Shown here in pieces: positions 49,740 through 62,418 of a DNA stretch of 64,000 bases. The first letter of the stretch is position 1; each line of letters starts with the position of its first letter. Location: NCBI GenBank assembly GCA_013239625.1, contig MU054466.1, positions 7,961,770 through 8,025,769 on the forward strand. Direction: 5' to 3'. The stretch is from Lama guanicoe (Eukaryota). The position numbers and the translations under genes are program-made. The notes under the pieces were generated by a model. That model saw nothing but the letters and a program-made list of their open reading frames with translations. It was not told the DNA's origin and ran no database searches.

Positions 49740-49930
49740 TCAGACTGGTAGGCTTCAACGATCTGTACCAGTGAAACTGTTGGAGACAGGTATTTTTATT
49801 TGAGGAAATCGAGGTTTAGGGAAGTTGTAAGATTGCCTATGATCATAAAACTAGTTTAAAAAAAAAAAGTAGAACCAAATTTTAAACTCAGATTTTACCA
49901 AGTTAAACACCAAACGCTGGCTACCATGTC
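49740..49930 (-). mobile_element. MIR SINE
   Basis: tgaggaaatcgaggtttagggaagttgtaagattgcctatgatcat. Confidence 0.65.
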
Positions 49931-50827
49931 TCCCATTTGTCTCTTGGCTCAGGAAGGACCGGTTCTGGATGCGTATATCCAGAAAGAAAAGGCGTTCCCG
50001 TTCAGACTCATTTAGAAAAATGGAGTAATGTTTTCACAAAAACAAAGTGATAATATTAACCAACTGAATTCTGAAGAAACAAGAAAAAAAAATCAAAAGA
50101 AGTAAGCCCACATGCTTTTCTGGTCCAAGCAATGACTCAAAAGTAGACATGATGACTATCTGCAACTATTTAAATTATATAAACACTACAGAGGAATAGG
50201 GGGAAAAATCATGTTGAAATAGAGGAAATTAATGTGATGAAAAACATAAAACAAGAAATGTGGTCTGAATAGAAGGGGTGAGACGTCCTGGTGACATGTT
50301 CTCTTGGTTTCTCTATTTTATAAATAAAAATTAGATAAAACCACAGTTTCATCATTTTCAGACTTATGTGAACACATGGATATGTGGGATTAACTAAATT
50401 TACTAAACTGATGGAACCAGATGAGCATCTCTTCGTCTCTAAAATGCAGGCCAATAATCCATAAAGACAGCCTAATCTTGGGTTGTTTTTTAAATTGAAT
50501 GAAAAGAGGAAATACTCATAAGGTCACAAGAGACTGTATACCAAAAAACTCCCCATTTGATCCCCAGGCCAGAGACAGGGAGATAAATTCAGATTCAGCT
50601 AGCGCAGGATTAGCAAGACATGATTGAATCGAAGCAAAGATACCAGGTTCAGACTCCTCCGTCTGATTTCTGGCAGTCAGTCCATGTTTATTGTACCTTA
50701 GCCAGGGTCTCTAATGAATAGAACATCTGCTCAACTATATTTTGTACTGTAGCAAAAATCAAAGGGAGGCAGGAATCACATTCAGTGTCCTCCAGCATAG
50801 ACAGAACGCTCATTAGACTTTTTCTGA

Positions 50828-50880
50828 CAAAGAGAAACAAAAGAAGAGAAAAGAAAAGAAGAGAAAAAGAAAAGCATAAA
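50828..50880. repeat. Purine-rich (AAAAG/AAGAG)n tract
   Basis: aaagaagagaaaagaaaagaagagaaaaagaaaag. Confidence 0.8.
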
Positions 50881-50964
50881 ACACATGAAAGATTTAAAAA
50901 CCATTATTTGGCTAAAATGATTGAGAACACATGAGAATCATACTAAAGGCAGAATCTTTTACGA

Positions 50965-51336
50965 TTTTTTATTTCAGATTTACTGAGGTCTAACTGACGT
51001 TATTGTAAGATATTTAACGTGTACATCTTGGTGATCTGATACATGTATACCTTGTGAAAGGAGTCCCCTCCCCTCTAGTTAAATTAACACATTCATTATC
51101 TCCTCTCCTCTCTCTTATTTTTTTGGTGGGAACATTGAAGTTCTACTCTCTTAACAAAATAGTGTTATCAACTGTAGTCGCCATGTTTCACATCAGATCC
51201 TCAGACATGACTCATCTTACAGTGAAAAGTTTGTATCCTTTTACCAACTTCTTCCTAATCCTGCCACCCCAAGTCCCTGGCAATGATTTGTCTAGTCTCT
51301 GTCTCTATGAGTCTGATTTTTTTTGAATTCCACAGA
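50965..51336 (-). mobile_element. L1MA-type 3'UTR
   Basis: tttactgaggtctaactgac...gtgtacatcttggtgatctgatacatgtatac...gaaaagtttgtatccttttaccaac...ctctgtctctatgagtctga. Confidence 0.8.
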
Positions 51337-51443
51337 ATCTTCATTTTTTAATACTTTCTGGGTAAAAGCTTGCTTTCACCAGGTACATATATTTCACTAG
51401 TACAGTGCTGTCTTCTCTCAAGTGGTGACAACGTAGTGTAGTC

Positions 51444-51661
51444 CAGGAGTAGGCAAACTTTTTCTTTAAAGCGATGATATTTTAGGATTTGCTGGCCAGA
51501 CGATCTCCAGCCAGTGACTCTAATTCCCTGATACACCATGAAAGCAGCCATAGACAAGATGTGGAAAAAAAAAGGGGGGGGTATGTTTGTATTTCAATAA
51601 AACTTTATTTACAAAAAGATCCATGCCAGTTTGAGCTGCATACAATGGTTTGTCACTCCAG
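51444..51661 (+). mobile_element. hAT-Charlie MER58A
   Basis: caggagtaggcaaactttttctttaaag...aaagcagccatagacaa...caataaaactttatttacaaaaa...gtttgtcactcc. Confidence 0.85.
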
Positions 51662-52099
51662 GTTTAGGAAATTATCTTTATAATATATTACTTAGAAACT
51701 TGGAATCTACAAGCCTTTGGGATAACAGGAGGAAAGAGAACTAATATTCACTGCATACTGACAAACAGCCATGTACTCAAATTTCACCAATTCAGATTGA
51801 AACTCAAATGAACTGAGTGACTACATCTGGCAAAAGTGCTAGTAAATATTTGAAGTAGGATTCTAACCTGGTATGTCAAACTCCAAAATCTGTGCTTTTA
51901 TAAGTTCATCCTGCTGCTGTCTTCCAGTAACTGTCACAAATTTAATAACCAAGTCAGGAAGTAATTAGACATGCCTACTTTAAAAACATATTGTATATAA
52001 AATTTCCATACTGCCTCAGACATGAGCTTAAGGAAATACATGTTTAGGAAATAATCAGGACTTGGGAACTCTTCACAGAATTCAGTTCATTTGGGGTGA

Positions 52100-54600
52100 A
52101 AATTTTTATTTGTACAGAAGAATATATGTAAATATTTTTCTTCTTATCTGAAGAATTATGTTTCCCAATTTATTGTTCTCTATAAATTTTATTTTGTGGT
52201 ATTTTCTGATAAATGAATTTTTTTAATTTTATACACTCAAGAAGATTTATCCTATCATGAGTTCTTTTCTGTCTTTGCATAAAGTCTTCCCTCACCAAAA
52301 TCAGATATTCACCAATAGTTGATTCTAAAATTTTAAAAAATTACCTTGTTGTTTCATCAACCTGAAATTTATTTTGCTATGTGATATGAAATTAGCTTCA
52401 AACTAATTTTTTCTCATTAGTAAGCTACTAATCATGACTGTTGAATATCCTCTTCCAAAGGATATGAAAGGCCATCTTTATTAAAAAACAAAACAAAACA
52501 CTACAGTTTTGTAAATACAAACTTATTTTTGATTTAAATGGAAATTTATTTTCCATTGTATTAATAAATATGCCATTTCTTCCATAGATCAATGTTGTAC
52601 TTACTACCTCTCTGTAATATTTAACCATCTAAGTGTCCCTAACACCTTTTCCCTGTTTATTTTTCAAACTGTGTTTTTTTATTTGATTTGCTTTGTTTCC
52701 TTTAACCTAGACACAGATCTAATGCTTCCAATACAGCATCAAGTTGAAGGATGAGTATTAACATGGGATATGCTTAGTCAGCTGAAGGGAAAACAAAATA
52801 GAGATGGATAGGTACACTGGGTGTGTGGGAAGCCAAAGCCACGCTCCTAGTCCTGAGTTGTGCTAAATGCCCTTCAGTGACATCCATACTTCCGAGTCCA
52901 CCTACTGTCCATTCCCATGGGGATTAACCTTCAGCCTTCTTGCTTCAAAGGTTAGAAAGCCTTCTGGACTGCAATTTTTCACTTGGAGTGGCTGAGCAAT
53001 TTTTTTTCCCTCTAATCACACAATTTTTTTTTCCCCTACTAAACAATTAGAGCAAGGAGATTATACTCTGGTTTCCTTGAAGTTACCATTTTTCCAGAGA
53101 GCGGTAGGGTTGGGTTGGAAGGCTAATGTTCACTGACTTTTCCAGCTCTAGTAATGAGTTTTTATGTTGTTGATGTTTCTCCACAAAGAGGAAGACAGAC
53201 TCAAAGGAGAACATTGTTCATTTTTTCCCCCAAATACTGCATATACCGCCACTTCTGGCTCTACTAATTTAGAGGGGTAGTAGGAAAAATTTTAAATATC
53301 ATCATTACCCCATTACTTTGCTATCTTTTGCTCTTTCTTAAGGGGGACCATTGTGGATTCCTTGTTATTTTTTAAAAATACAGTCCAGTTTACTTTATAC
53401 CCTTATGTAAAACATAAAAAATAGTAAAAAAAAAATTACTCTTTGTGTTTGGCTAAGGGCCCTTAGCTTGTTTCACTGATGACTCTGCATTCTTGGTTAT
53501 AAATCTTATTTTGTTGTTTTTGGAGGAGATTTTTACAAATCTGAACTCTTGTGTGCTGCATCATTTCTTGCTAGTTTCTGGATTGTATTTTTGAGTTTTG
53601 GTCTTTTAATAGCAGAGTTCTAACTCATTTATATTTGTTGTCATCACTCATAAGTTTGTTCCCTGAATATCAAGTTGTAGTGTTTCCATTCTCATGGAGT
53701 TTTTTTGTTTCTTTGTTTTTGACTTTTTCACAGTAGGTTATAATTTATTTCCCTTGAGTTATTTAACAACTAACTCTTTTTAATCATACAAATAATAACC
53801 TTACATTTTGGGGGAAAACTCATACTTGAACCTAATTTCTCTTGACCAGTGTCAACCATAAGGTAGTCTTTGTTGACCCCTCCCTATTTCAGATGAGGAA
53901 ATTAGCACATGTTTATTTCCTCCTATATATGCATCCCAGTCCCACACTTTTGGGGGTATGATCATGTATTTAGAACCTACTTGTGATATTTTATATCATA
54001 TTTCTGTTCTTATGACAATTAGTTGCATTTTGTTTTATAATAACACATTTATACTACTTGTCTTTTCATAACCAGTTTAAATGTTTTTTGTGTTTTTTAC
54101 CTGTAAGATTATAGAAACTGCCCACTTTGGGAGGACTTTATTTTCACTCAGTTAGCTAAAGAATGTCTTTAATGAGTGCTTTTAGAGAAAGCACACGAGT
54201 CTGTCTTTCTTCTCATGTTTGAATCATATCCTATCTGGTAATGGAAATCATTATTAACAATTCATTTTCTTCAAAGTTTGCAATCATATCCCCATTGTAT
54301 TTTTGTGATTTCTTCTTCCTTTGCTAAGAACAAATTTTATTTTATTTATATCATTTCCTGAACACTTGTGGCTTCCTTCCTTACCCTTTTAGGATGTGGT
54401 AGCATGTATTGGTCTATTTCAATGAATGTCATCTTGTGTGTGGACCATGGATACATCCTCCAGACCCAGGTCTTTTACTCAAGAAGTTTACATTCTTCTG
54501 TGTTGATGATGTCTCCTGCTCCAGCTTTCTCCTCTTCTGGAACCCCAGTCATCTCTAATTCTATATACCCTTCTCTACTTTCTATAACGTTTACTTAATA
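52100..54600 (-). mobile_element. Patchwork of very old L1M/HAL1-like fragments
   Basis: T-rich antisense LINE-like segments (ttgcataaagtcttccctcacc; ggacttggccatgg-like gaccatggatacatcctccagacc); boundaries uncertain. Confidence 0.4.
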
Positions 54601-55730
54601 CATCTCACTTAAGCCATTCTTACGTGGATTTTTTGCTAAGGCAGCCAGAGCTAATGTGAACGGATGTAGTAGATGCACGCTGTCATTACCACTTCAGCAA
54701 CAGAAAGTGCATGACAAGTTAGCATGTCCAGCAGTGGCATTTATCTCTGCGTGCCTGGGGAAGCTGCCTTACTGGGGACAGCTATCAAGAAGCCCTGGTC
54801 TGTTCTGCCTGCCTTCACTCCCAACACAATACGTCTCTGCCTGATACCCTTTCTGGTGCTGCTGTCTGAAATATCACTGACAGGTTCTGCCTGATCAAGA
54901 ACAAACTCCATTGTTTACCAGGCTTTCTGCCTGCTGTATCTCTTTCACAGATTCTTCCAGATGCGTCTAGTCCAGGACACAAAAGGAAACCCGTTTGGAG
55001 CACTTGATATCAATCCTAAGTCATATCTGGGCCCGAAGTCTCAGATTCATTTTTCCTGAGTTTTGCATGTTAGGAGTGTTTTTACCAAGATTTCTTCAGT
55101 TTAGTTCCTCCTAACCTGCTTTATTAGAAAGAGGAGCCAGTATCTTGCTTTAGTTGCATCATAAGTCTATCTGAAAAAGATTTTTTAGCATGTGCATAGG
55201 GCCTTGTTTTCTCTCTCTCACCATACACCAGAGATTTTGCCATATATACTAATAAAATAACAGTACATATTATTTCTTTGGATGCTTCCACCTAGGTTTT
55301 GAAGCTGGCATTATTTAGACACTGTGCTCAAATTACTGACTTGCTAAAAACCCTTGACCCTAAGCAGTATTGAACAATCATTGTTATTTCAATTAAGAGT
55401 GTGTCTCAGACAAAAAAAGAAGTGCTAATTGTACGTAAATGCATTTTTTAAAGGCCTGCCAGGTGCATCTTTATCTTTAACTTTTATTACATTTTAATTT
55501 CTATTTTAGATGCTCTGGGCCATGGCTCAGCCCCTCCCTCCAGAGTCAAAGACTTCAGTGGCTCAGTACTGTCTGCTAACCACAGCGGTGTCTCTCCCCA
55601 GGCGTTGCTCCTGGTGGAAGGAAGCTGCTGTCTGCTTTCCCCAGGGGTGGTACATACACAATGACTGGCCAGTGTAGGACCTGGCCTCTTCCCTCCATGT
55701 GGGATGTTTCTGAAGGGCAGTTACAGATCA

Positions 55731-55998
55731 GGGGGCTAGTCTGATTGAGACGCAGTATAAGTGAAAAATACATAGCCATCTTCGAAGACTGAATGAAAAG
55801 TATCTCATTCATAATCTTAAAAACTCTACACATTAAAATGATATATTTAAAATGGATTCAGTTCACTTAAATATATTATTAAGATTCATTTCACCTAGTT
55901 TTTAATTTCGGGGTTTTTTTTAATTGCCACTAAAATATTTAAAATCATTCACATGGCTTTCACCTGTGGCTCATGTTTTATTCCCAGAAGACAAGCCC
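55731..55998 (-). mobile_element. hAT-Charlie MER33
   Basis: ggctagtctgattgagacg...taagtgaaaaatacat...ttcgaagact...aaatatattattaagattcatttcacct...tgtggctcatg matches reverse MER33. Confidence 0.8.
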
Positions 55999-56177
55999 TA
56001 CGTTAGAGGACTAGCAGAGCAGTCAGTGTGTTTAGGACAGAATGAGGGACAGGAAGAAAAAGAAGGGAGAATTCAGAACAGGGAGGGTGATGATGTTCTC
56101 CGTCAAGAGGGCTCTGTGGGCTGTTGGAAAGAGGTTGCCAGCTCCTGCTCGAAAATGCAGAATACAAACCACTGCAA

Positions 56178-56390
56178 GGTTACTAGGGGAGTAAATCTTA
56201 AAGTGTTCTCATCACACATTACATTTTTTTCTATTTCTTTAGTTTTGTATCTGTATGAGATGATGGATGTTCACTAAATGTGTTTCGTTCATTATCTCAT
56301 GATCTATGTTAAGTCAAATCATTATTTCGTATACCTTAAACATACTCAGTGCTGTTCTGTCAATTATATCTCAAAGTGGAAGGAAAGAAA
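56178..56390 (+). mobile_element. L1MA-type 3' end
   Basis: gagtaaatcttaaagtgttctcatcac...atgagatgatggatgttcacta...tataccttaaac...tgtcaattatatctcaa. Confidence 0.8.
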
Positions 56391-56803
56391 TAAAAGGGAT
56401 GCCCTGAAACTTACAGGAGAAATAAAACAGATCATATGCTGAGACTCTGAAATTTGACTTCTTGATAGACTCCTTACAGCATACGGGGTATTAGGAGAGC
56501 ATCTCCAGCTGAGAAGGAGAGAGAGGCCAAGGATGACGGTTTTACAACAGGAGTAGAGAGCGTTAGTCCAGATTAGCAAGGATGCAGGGCTGTAGTGGAG
56601 GGAGGTGTCCGAGGTGTGTGTGCTGAAAGGCCGGAGTTGTATTTAAAAGAGTGTTAGGATCTGAGCTTAAATACCAGGAAAAACAAAATAGGGACCGGAG
56701 TCTGACAGATCTTTTGGAATACAGAAAAACAGAAGTAGGTGTGAAGAGATTTAAGCAGATACAAAATTGCTAAGGGTAGGAAATTAAAAATATAATGTAA
56801 GCA

Positions 56804-57255
56804 TTGGAATACTACTCAGCCATAAAAACTGACAACATAACGCCGCAACATGGATGCTCCTGGAGAATGTCATTCTAAGTGAAGTAAGCCAGAAAGAGAA
56901 AGAAAAATACCATATGAGATCGCTCATATGTGGAATCTAAAAAAAAAATGAGCAAAGCATAAATACAGAACAAAAATAGACTCATAGACATAGAATACAG
57001 ACTTGTGGTTGCCAAGGGGGTGGGGGGTGGGAAGAGATAGACTGGGATTTCAAAATTGTAGAACAGATAAACAAGATTATACTGTATAGCACAGGGAAAT
57101 ACATACAAGATCTTATGGTAGCTCACAGAGAAAGGAATGTGACAATGAATATATATATGTTCATGTATAATTGAAAAATTGTGCTCTACACTGGAATTTG
57201 ACACAACATTGTAAAATGATTATAAGTCAATAAAAATGTTAAAAAATAAAAAAAT
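56804..57255 (+). mobile_element. Young lineage-specific L1 3' end with poly(A) and TSD
   Basis: ggaatactactcagccataaaaa...aataaaaatgttaaaaaataaaaaaa; TSD aaaaatataatgtaagca (56786-56803) vs aaaaatacagtgtaagca (57256-57273); same family as 39692-40326. Confidence 0.95.
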
Positions 57256-57665
57256 AAAAATACAGTGTAAGCAGTGAATTAGATCTAATAACATAACCTA
57301 AACACTGATCACAGATTAAACCCCCAAATTGTGAAAATGTTACATTGATATAATGGGAGAAGGGAAAATATGGGAGCGTATGCAACAAAGCCAAACTCTC
57401 ATCTACTGTTACAGGCATTTGACAAAGTCTAAAATGGAAAAATATGTATTAATAGTAATTTATGCTATATATAAATATAGTATTCTTTAATAAATACATT
57501 AGATATATAGATGGATAGATAGATACATACACAGAAAGGTGAACACCAAAAGAAATAGAAAATATCTGCCTCGCAGAAGCCATAGAATTGCTATGGGGAA
57601 GCACTGATTTTTCTGATAAGCATTTGGTACTGTTTGTTGTTAACTTTATGAGATGGATTAGATCA

Positions 57666-58100
57666 TTGTCAGTTCTTCACTCCACTGTAACAACTACATC
57701 CTTATAAAAGCGCAGAGCCATCCTCTATGGACAGAGGAACTTTATTCTCCCTCTGCTACGGGACTTGGACGTATGACCGTGAGACTTGCTTTTGCCAATG
57801 GAATGGTAGCAAACATGAAACGTACACCCGAGGCTTAAAACACACTTTCATGATCTGGCTTGTCCACGTGTGCCTCTGAGATCCACCAAGAGTAGAGTAG
57901 GAAGCTACTGGTTCAAGGAGAATGAGGAAACCTGTGGTGTCAACTTGGCAACACGAAGCCAAACCCAGCTGATCCCAGTCCAGTCCCGCGGATCCACAGC
58001 CCAGCCGCGAGCAAGGAAATGACTGGTAGCCCTTACAAGCCACTGAGCAATGCTTAGGGGTGTAAGCCACTGAGAGCTCTGAGGTTGACTGATTAATCAA
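57666..58100 (+). mobile_element. MLT1H/I-type MaLR LTR
   Basis: gagacttgcttttgccaatggaatggtagcaaacatga...gaggcttaaaa...ggttcaaggagaatgagg...aagccactgag. Confidence 0.7.
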
Positions 58101-59711
58101 AAGTGAAGTACCACCTCACACTTATGGTGTATACAACCTGAGTAAATTAATAAAAACAAATTCTAAATGAATTAAAAGTAAAAACAGAAAAGAAATTCAG
58201 TGTTAAAGTCAGGAGTCCATATACCAGAATTTCTCTTACTCTCCTAAAGAAGTCATATTTCAACCTGTTTACTCCATGATGACAACACTAAAATCTATTT
58301 TTCTCTTCCCAGGAGTAGCACAAATGACTCAGTAGGAGCAGTCTGTTGGCTCACGGCCGTCTGAAAGGCTGGGCTTATGCACGAGGCAGCATCCTTTGCT
58401 TGAATCCGGTATCTCCTTCTTTTCAGAACGCTACTCTGTATTTCTGACCCTTGGGCAATGCTTAACCTTCAAGGCTCTCCCAACCCTTTCACTTGTGTGC
58501 ACCTCAGTTTCCCTGTCCTGGGAACGCTGCCGACTGCTTTCATCCTGTGATCCCCACCTCCCACTGTTGAAAGGAAAGTCGGGCAGTGAGTTTAGAGCAG
58601 CGTGAGATCACAGAGTTGAAGAGGTCAAGGAAAGATTCATGGGCACAAATCATAGCAGGATTGAGTGGGTTCTGAAGGGAAGATAAGCTTTGGATGCATA
58701 AAGCAGAGTACATAGGGGTCTCTTTTCTAGCTTGTGAAATAGAAAATCACTTTTAAGACCCCCAAAGGGAAATCAGGGGCTTCCTCCCCCACGGAGAAAC
58801 TCTCCTGTCTTAACAGGAACAACATAAATAACACTTCTATTATAAGAAAGGATCGGACTCTTATTAAGACCCATAAATCAAGAGTTATTTTCACAAAGCG
58901 ACCCCCAAATGTAATTTTAAAGTGAAAGCATATTTTAAATGGCATATGGGCGGACATAATTTATATTTCTGTGTATAAATATGGTACCGAAGTATCTACT
59001 TACATTTGAATAATTATTGGGGGGAACACACTATTTTGCTATAGATAAAAAGCCAGATATAATGTGTGAAAAATATGGGGCTTTAAATTACTATCAATTC
59101 ATATGAGTATTGTACTAGAGTGTTGAAAAGCATCAGAGTCAGGCCAGCATCGAATTCTCTCCTGTGGCTCTTAGAAATGGCATAATCATGCTTTGTGTGT
59201 TTGCCACTAGAAGCTTTGTGTCATCACAGGTGTCTAGCACACAGTTTGAGTTCAATATTTGTTTGTTAAGAAAAAAAAGTGAGCTAGTGAGTACTGTAGC
59301 TGAGATGCCTGAAGTCTTGAGAGGGGGGAGTGACTTCCCCAAGCCCAGACAATCTGTAGCACATTCAAGGCTGAAAACCAGCCTGCTGTCCCCCAGTTGT
59401 CTCAGCCACTCATATTACTTTGCATTTCTTGTGTCTGTGTGGTTGAAACTGAATTCAGATTACTGAAGACGGGAATTAAATCATTGATCCCTGGGATATT
59501 TCTTAGGGCACTTCAACCCGAGGAACGGTAAACTATGTCTCAGGCATGTCTAGGATCAAGGTTTGTGTGTTTCAAGACCTCTTTTTTTTTTTTCTGTTTT
59601 TTAGTTACCTGCTTTTCCCCTTGTGACAACTTCATCCTTTTATCTCACTGCAGAAGACGTTTCTCCTTAACAGTGGAAATTATCACTTTTCGTACCCCAT
59701 CTGATGATGCA

Positions 59712-60153
59712 CATGATTGTTAATTTTATGTGTCAGCCTGACTGGGCTATGGGATGCTCAGATATTTGTTTGAACTCTTTCTGAGTGTGTCTGGATGAGA
59801 TTAGCATTTGAATTGACAGACTAAATAAAGTAGATTGCCCTCCCCAGTGTGGACGAGCTTTATCCAATCCTTTGAAGGCCTGAACAGGACAAAAAAGATG
59901 GAGCAAAGGTGAATTCACTCTGTCTGCCTCGCTGTCTTGGGGCTTGTACATCCGTCTTCTTCCGTCTTCAGACTCAGACTCAGGCTGAAGCTTTACCATC
60001 AGCTCCCCTACGTCTTCAGCTTGCTGACTGAAGACCCAAGCAGTCTGCTCAGCCTCCATGACCATGTGAGTCAGTTCTATCTTTATCTGTCTGTCTGTCT
60101 GTCTATCTATCTATTTAAGTACTTCTATTTCTCTGGAGACTCAAGACCAATAC
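59712..60153 (+). mobile_element. MLT2 (ERVL) solo LTR with internal (TCTG/TCTA)n
   Basis: tgattgttaattttatgtgtcagcctgactgggc...ggatgagattagcatttgaatt...agattgccctcccc...tctctggaga...accaataca. Confidence 0.88.
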
Positions 60154-61989
60154 AGTATCTTATCCTTTTGGAACTTTCTTCATCTGGAGGAGAGCTGATG
60201 ATTTTAGTCTGACTCCAATGTACGGACAAAGAAAGAGTCTCACTGGCCAAGCTTGGATGGGGTGTCCAACCTGGGACAGTCACCTGCTGCTGAAAGGCAG
60301 GGCCACCCTGTAATCACCTGGCAGTGCGCGTGACAGGCATGAGAAGCATTAGTTTCTAGAAAAAAGGACTTGAAGACTCATTTCTACAAGTGTCTTCTCT
60401 AGTATGATGTTACTTTCTGACTCTATATTTTTGTGCATGATAGCTGTTCACGCTCTTCAAGAATTAATGCTGTCTGTAGAATAGTCCCAGGAAAGATAGA
60501 ATTATTTCTGCTTAAATTTTACTCAAGATATTAATATATTCATTTTTCAGAAGAAGACCCATTCACTTGTCATTTTAAAAGATGGAGATACTGTATTTAT
60601 TAACTATAACAAGAAATCTTCAATTAAATTATGTATAAATAGCTGTAGGACCAACTTGATATTTAACTAGAAGGTTTGTTTTTTTCTTCTTCATTTCATA
60701 TCCTTCCTCATCACAGATATTGAAATTTCCAATTACGAGGAAAGGTTTTTGTTTAAAAAAATACTCAAAAATCTACTTCAAAATGATTAAATTGTGGCCT
60801 TTATATATTCAGATAACTTAAGACCCGTGCTTGAATACCTTCTCATCCTCTACATTCCAGAAAGTTCCCAGAATGACAATGTCTTACGGGATGAAAATAC
60901 CACCTCTTTTCAGGGAAGAAAAAGCAGAAAAGCTGTTAAGCTAGTTATTTGGCACAATAAAGACAAAAGAAGCAGCTAGTTGATTAAAGAATATATTTGT
61001 TATATGTTTATGTTCACAGGATCTGGAAGAATCTAAGTGCCAACGTTAAGCATATTTTCAAAAGACAAAACCACAGACTGCTTTAAGCACAAATGCATGC
61101 AGGATAAAGTCCATGTCTTATAATTGTGGATTCACACACTTAATTCCCAGTCTAACTGCTGTAGACTAAAATCATGGTGGTGCGGCTGGCACAGTTACTG
61201 CTGCAACTTTTGGAACATATTTTACTTCACAAAAACTGTAGGGGGTTGTAAAACAGCATCCATATTAAATCAATTTCTTTAGAAAGAAAGACTACATTTT
61301 ATCCCGGCATTTTTAAGCCTCTGAATGCAAAGTGTTAGGGGAAAAGTACATCCATTTATGCCTATACTTACACATATTCCAGCAGGAAATATGCAGTGTG
61401 TCCAGAGTCAATCCCGGCAAATAAAGTTTATATTGATGTTCTGCCAGTCTGATCTTGTGTGGCAAAGTCAACTGAGGGGGAAAGCTGAGTCTCCAAGGCT
61501 CATTAGTTTCCAAAAAACTCCCCATTCTCTCTTTCTCTGAGCCTTCTTAAGGAGTAAATTTGTCAGTGATCCAGCCAAAAATTAGGACATTACGTGTATT
61601 CTGTTCATCAGATGTGGGGTGGAACCCCAACCCCAAGACTAATCCTTTATGCCTGTTGCTGATTGAAGTGATGGAGAGAAAGCCCTTTGATCTAAGTTTA
61701 ACGGCCACGCCCTCCTCATTGTGTATATGTATTGTCTCGTTGGAGCATAGGTGCCCTGGATAAATGAATTGTGTTGAGTCTTACATAAATTTGCAGCCAC
61801 CAACTTTCAAAGGGCTCAGTCTAGGATACGTGTGTGTGAGATTCAGGATGGGGGGTGAGAAAGCTTAGGAAACTGGCCCCAATGGAAACTCAAAAACATA
61901 AAACTGTTGAATTAGACTCTGTCAAAACTAATGCCAAATTTCAGAAGAGGACCATTTGAATTTGTTGTATAAGACATTTAAAAATAGGA

Positions 61990-62165
61990 AAAGTACACAC
62001 ATAGATGGTTTCAATGGTAAATCTAACAGAACATTTAAGAAAGCAATAATACAAATAGTATACAACCTTTCCAGAAAAGCATTCCTCAACACATCTTATG
62101 AGATCTGCACTCCTTTAATACTCAAACCGAACAAAGACATTATAAGAACAGAAAATTACAGATCA
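61990..62165 (+). mobile_element. L1 ORF2 (RT N-terminal) fragment
   Basis: DGFNGKSNRTFKKAIIQIVYNL...NTSYEICTPLILKPNKDIIRTENYRSL parallels L1 DGFTGEFYQTFKEEL...[29 protein letters not shown]. Confidence 0.8.
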
Positions 62166-62418
62166 CTGGGACTGAATTGGGTCTTCCCCAAATTCATAAT
62201 GAAGTTCTAACCTCCAACATGACGGTTATTTGGAGACGAAGCATTTGAGAGGTAATTAGGTTACAAGGGTTGGGCCCTGGTCTGAAAGGACTGGTGTTCT
62301 TGTAAAAGATGGAGAGATGCCAGAGTTCGCCCTCTCTCAGCACGTGCCCAAAATGAATGGTATTGTCTGCAAGCCCTAATATTTGGAGTTATTTGCTACT
62401 CAAAAATAGACAACTGGG
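62166..62418 (+). mobile_element. MLT1A/B-type LTR fragment
   Basis: ggactgaattgggtcttccccaaattcat...gaagttctaacctccaa...tatttggaga...gggccct...ctggtgttcttgtaa. Confidence 0.7.

Noticed and set aside
58037-58074. Direct repeat aagccactgag x2
   Set aside because: Small local duplication inside an MLT1 LTR; no further structure
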